Positions 62,976-64,000 of a stretch of DNA of 64,000 nt are shown here, in pieces. Position 1 is the first letter of the stretch, and every line of letters starts with the position of its first letter. Origin of the DNA: Isurus oxyrinchus. Its lineage: Eukaryota. The notes beneath the pieces are model-generated. The model did no database searches, was not told the DNA's origin, and saw only the letters and a program-made list of their open reading frames with translations. Where the stretch lies: assembly GCA_026770705.1 (NCBI GenBank), contig JANJGN010000025.1:18228001-18292000 (forward strand), written 5' to 3'. The position numbers and the translations under genes were made by a program.

Positions 62976-63392
62976 GGGGAGGTGGTGCTGCAGTGGTAAT
63001 ATCACTGGACTGGTAATGCAGCGGCCTAGGCTAATGCTTTGGGTGCTCAGATTCAAATTTAAATTTAATTAATAAATCTGGAATTAAAAGCTACTCTCAG
63101 TAATGGTGGCCATGAAACCATTGCCGATTGTTGCAAAGACCCATCTGTTTCCCCTTTAGGGAAGGAAATCTGTCATCCTTACCTGGCCTGGCCTACGTGC
63201 AACCGCATAGCAACGTGGTTGACTCTTAAATGCTCCCTGAAATGGCTTAGCAAGCCACTCAGTTGTATCAAACCACTATGAATGATGGGCTGCAGTGGCT
63301 CACCACCACCGCCTCAAGAGCAAGTAGGGGTGGGCAATAAATGCTGATTTAGACAGGAGCATTCATATCCCATGAAAAGAAATTTAAAAAAT
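62976..63392 (+). mobile_element. tRNA-derived SINE, same family as 18791
   Basis: Shared CCTTTAGGGAAGGAAATCTG..ATCCTTACCTGG core and 3' tail. Confidence 0.8.
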
Positions 63393-64000
63393 AAACACTG
63401 CCAAGTACGGAGGTTAACAGCTTATTTTAACAAGCTAACGCTGTGGATGGCACACAGTTCAATGCATGCCTTCTAAAATTATTTCCCCATTTTGTATACG
63501 TACTTGTCTTTTACAATCAAGTCAATTCAAGTCATCCTGTACAATGCAACCGATGGGGAGAGTTTTAACGGTTTAGATTGTCCACTATAATTGAAGTGTA
63601 AGCGATTCATTAAGCTAACTAGAAACAACAATATTCACACATTGTGTAATTACTGGACAGCTGGTGGATGTATTTAACAGCTGGTTTCAGAAAAGCTGAC
63701 TGGGAACTAAGAAAGAAACTTTTTTTCCAGCAATAGCTGGAAATAAATAATGAATATTATGCAGCAGATTTATCAACTGGAGTGGGAGGGTGAGGTAAAT
63801 GGTAGATGCATGCGAAAAGCTGATGACTTCCCTGAAGTATAAAAACAAATACCTATGCACAACTCTCCTGCAGTACAGGTATGAGGTGATTTAGGTTGCA
63901 TAGATGGAGCTGTAATTATGTTAAAAAGTACAAAATGGTTGAACTTTCATTAAAAAGATACTTAGGTTCATTCCAATATGGTAAAAATAAAATAATCCTG

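Noticed and set aside
1-64000. CRISPR arrays, operons or other prokaryotic systems
   Set aside because: The sequence is spliceosomal vertebrate DNA, and no regularly spaced repeat array is visible.

Overview
Vertebrate genomic DNA, most likely a cartilaginous fish (inferred from the repeat families). The window holds the 3' half of a protogenin (PRTG) gene on the minus strand. There are 11 coding exons with GT-AG boundaries that I read directly from the sequence (62820 down to the stop at 16675; 2102 coding nt, continuous in phase). They encode FN3 domains, a transmembrane helix and a cytoplasmic tail. A ~30 kb intron spans 27176-57097, and a probable ~6 kb, nearly repeat-free 3'UTR (to about 10570) is dense in let-7, miR-9, miR-125 and miR-10 seed sites. 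The rest is intronic or intergenic DNA with degraded CR1/L2/RTE LINEs, tRNA-derived SINEs, MITEs and a solo LTR. Most notable: (1) two families of short, often palindromic retro-insertions (some with 14-15 bp target-site duplications) carrying minimal type I hammerhead ribozyme motifs, probably Penelope-derived, with intact cores only antisense to PRTG; (2) let-7 8mer sites inside the codons of the C-terminal tail; (3) local inverted and direct duplications and an unexplained multi-hairpin element in the large intron. Repeat boundaries are approximate and family names come from recall, not a database search.
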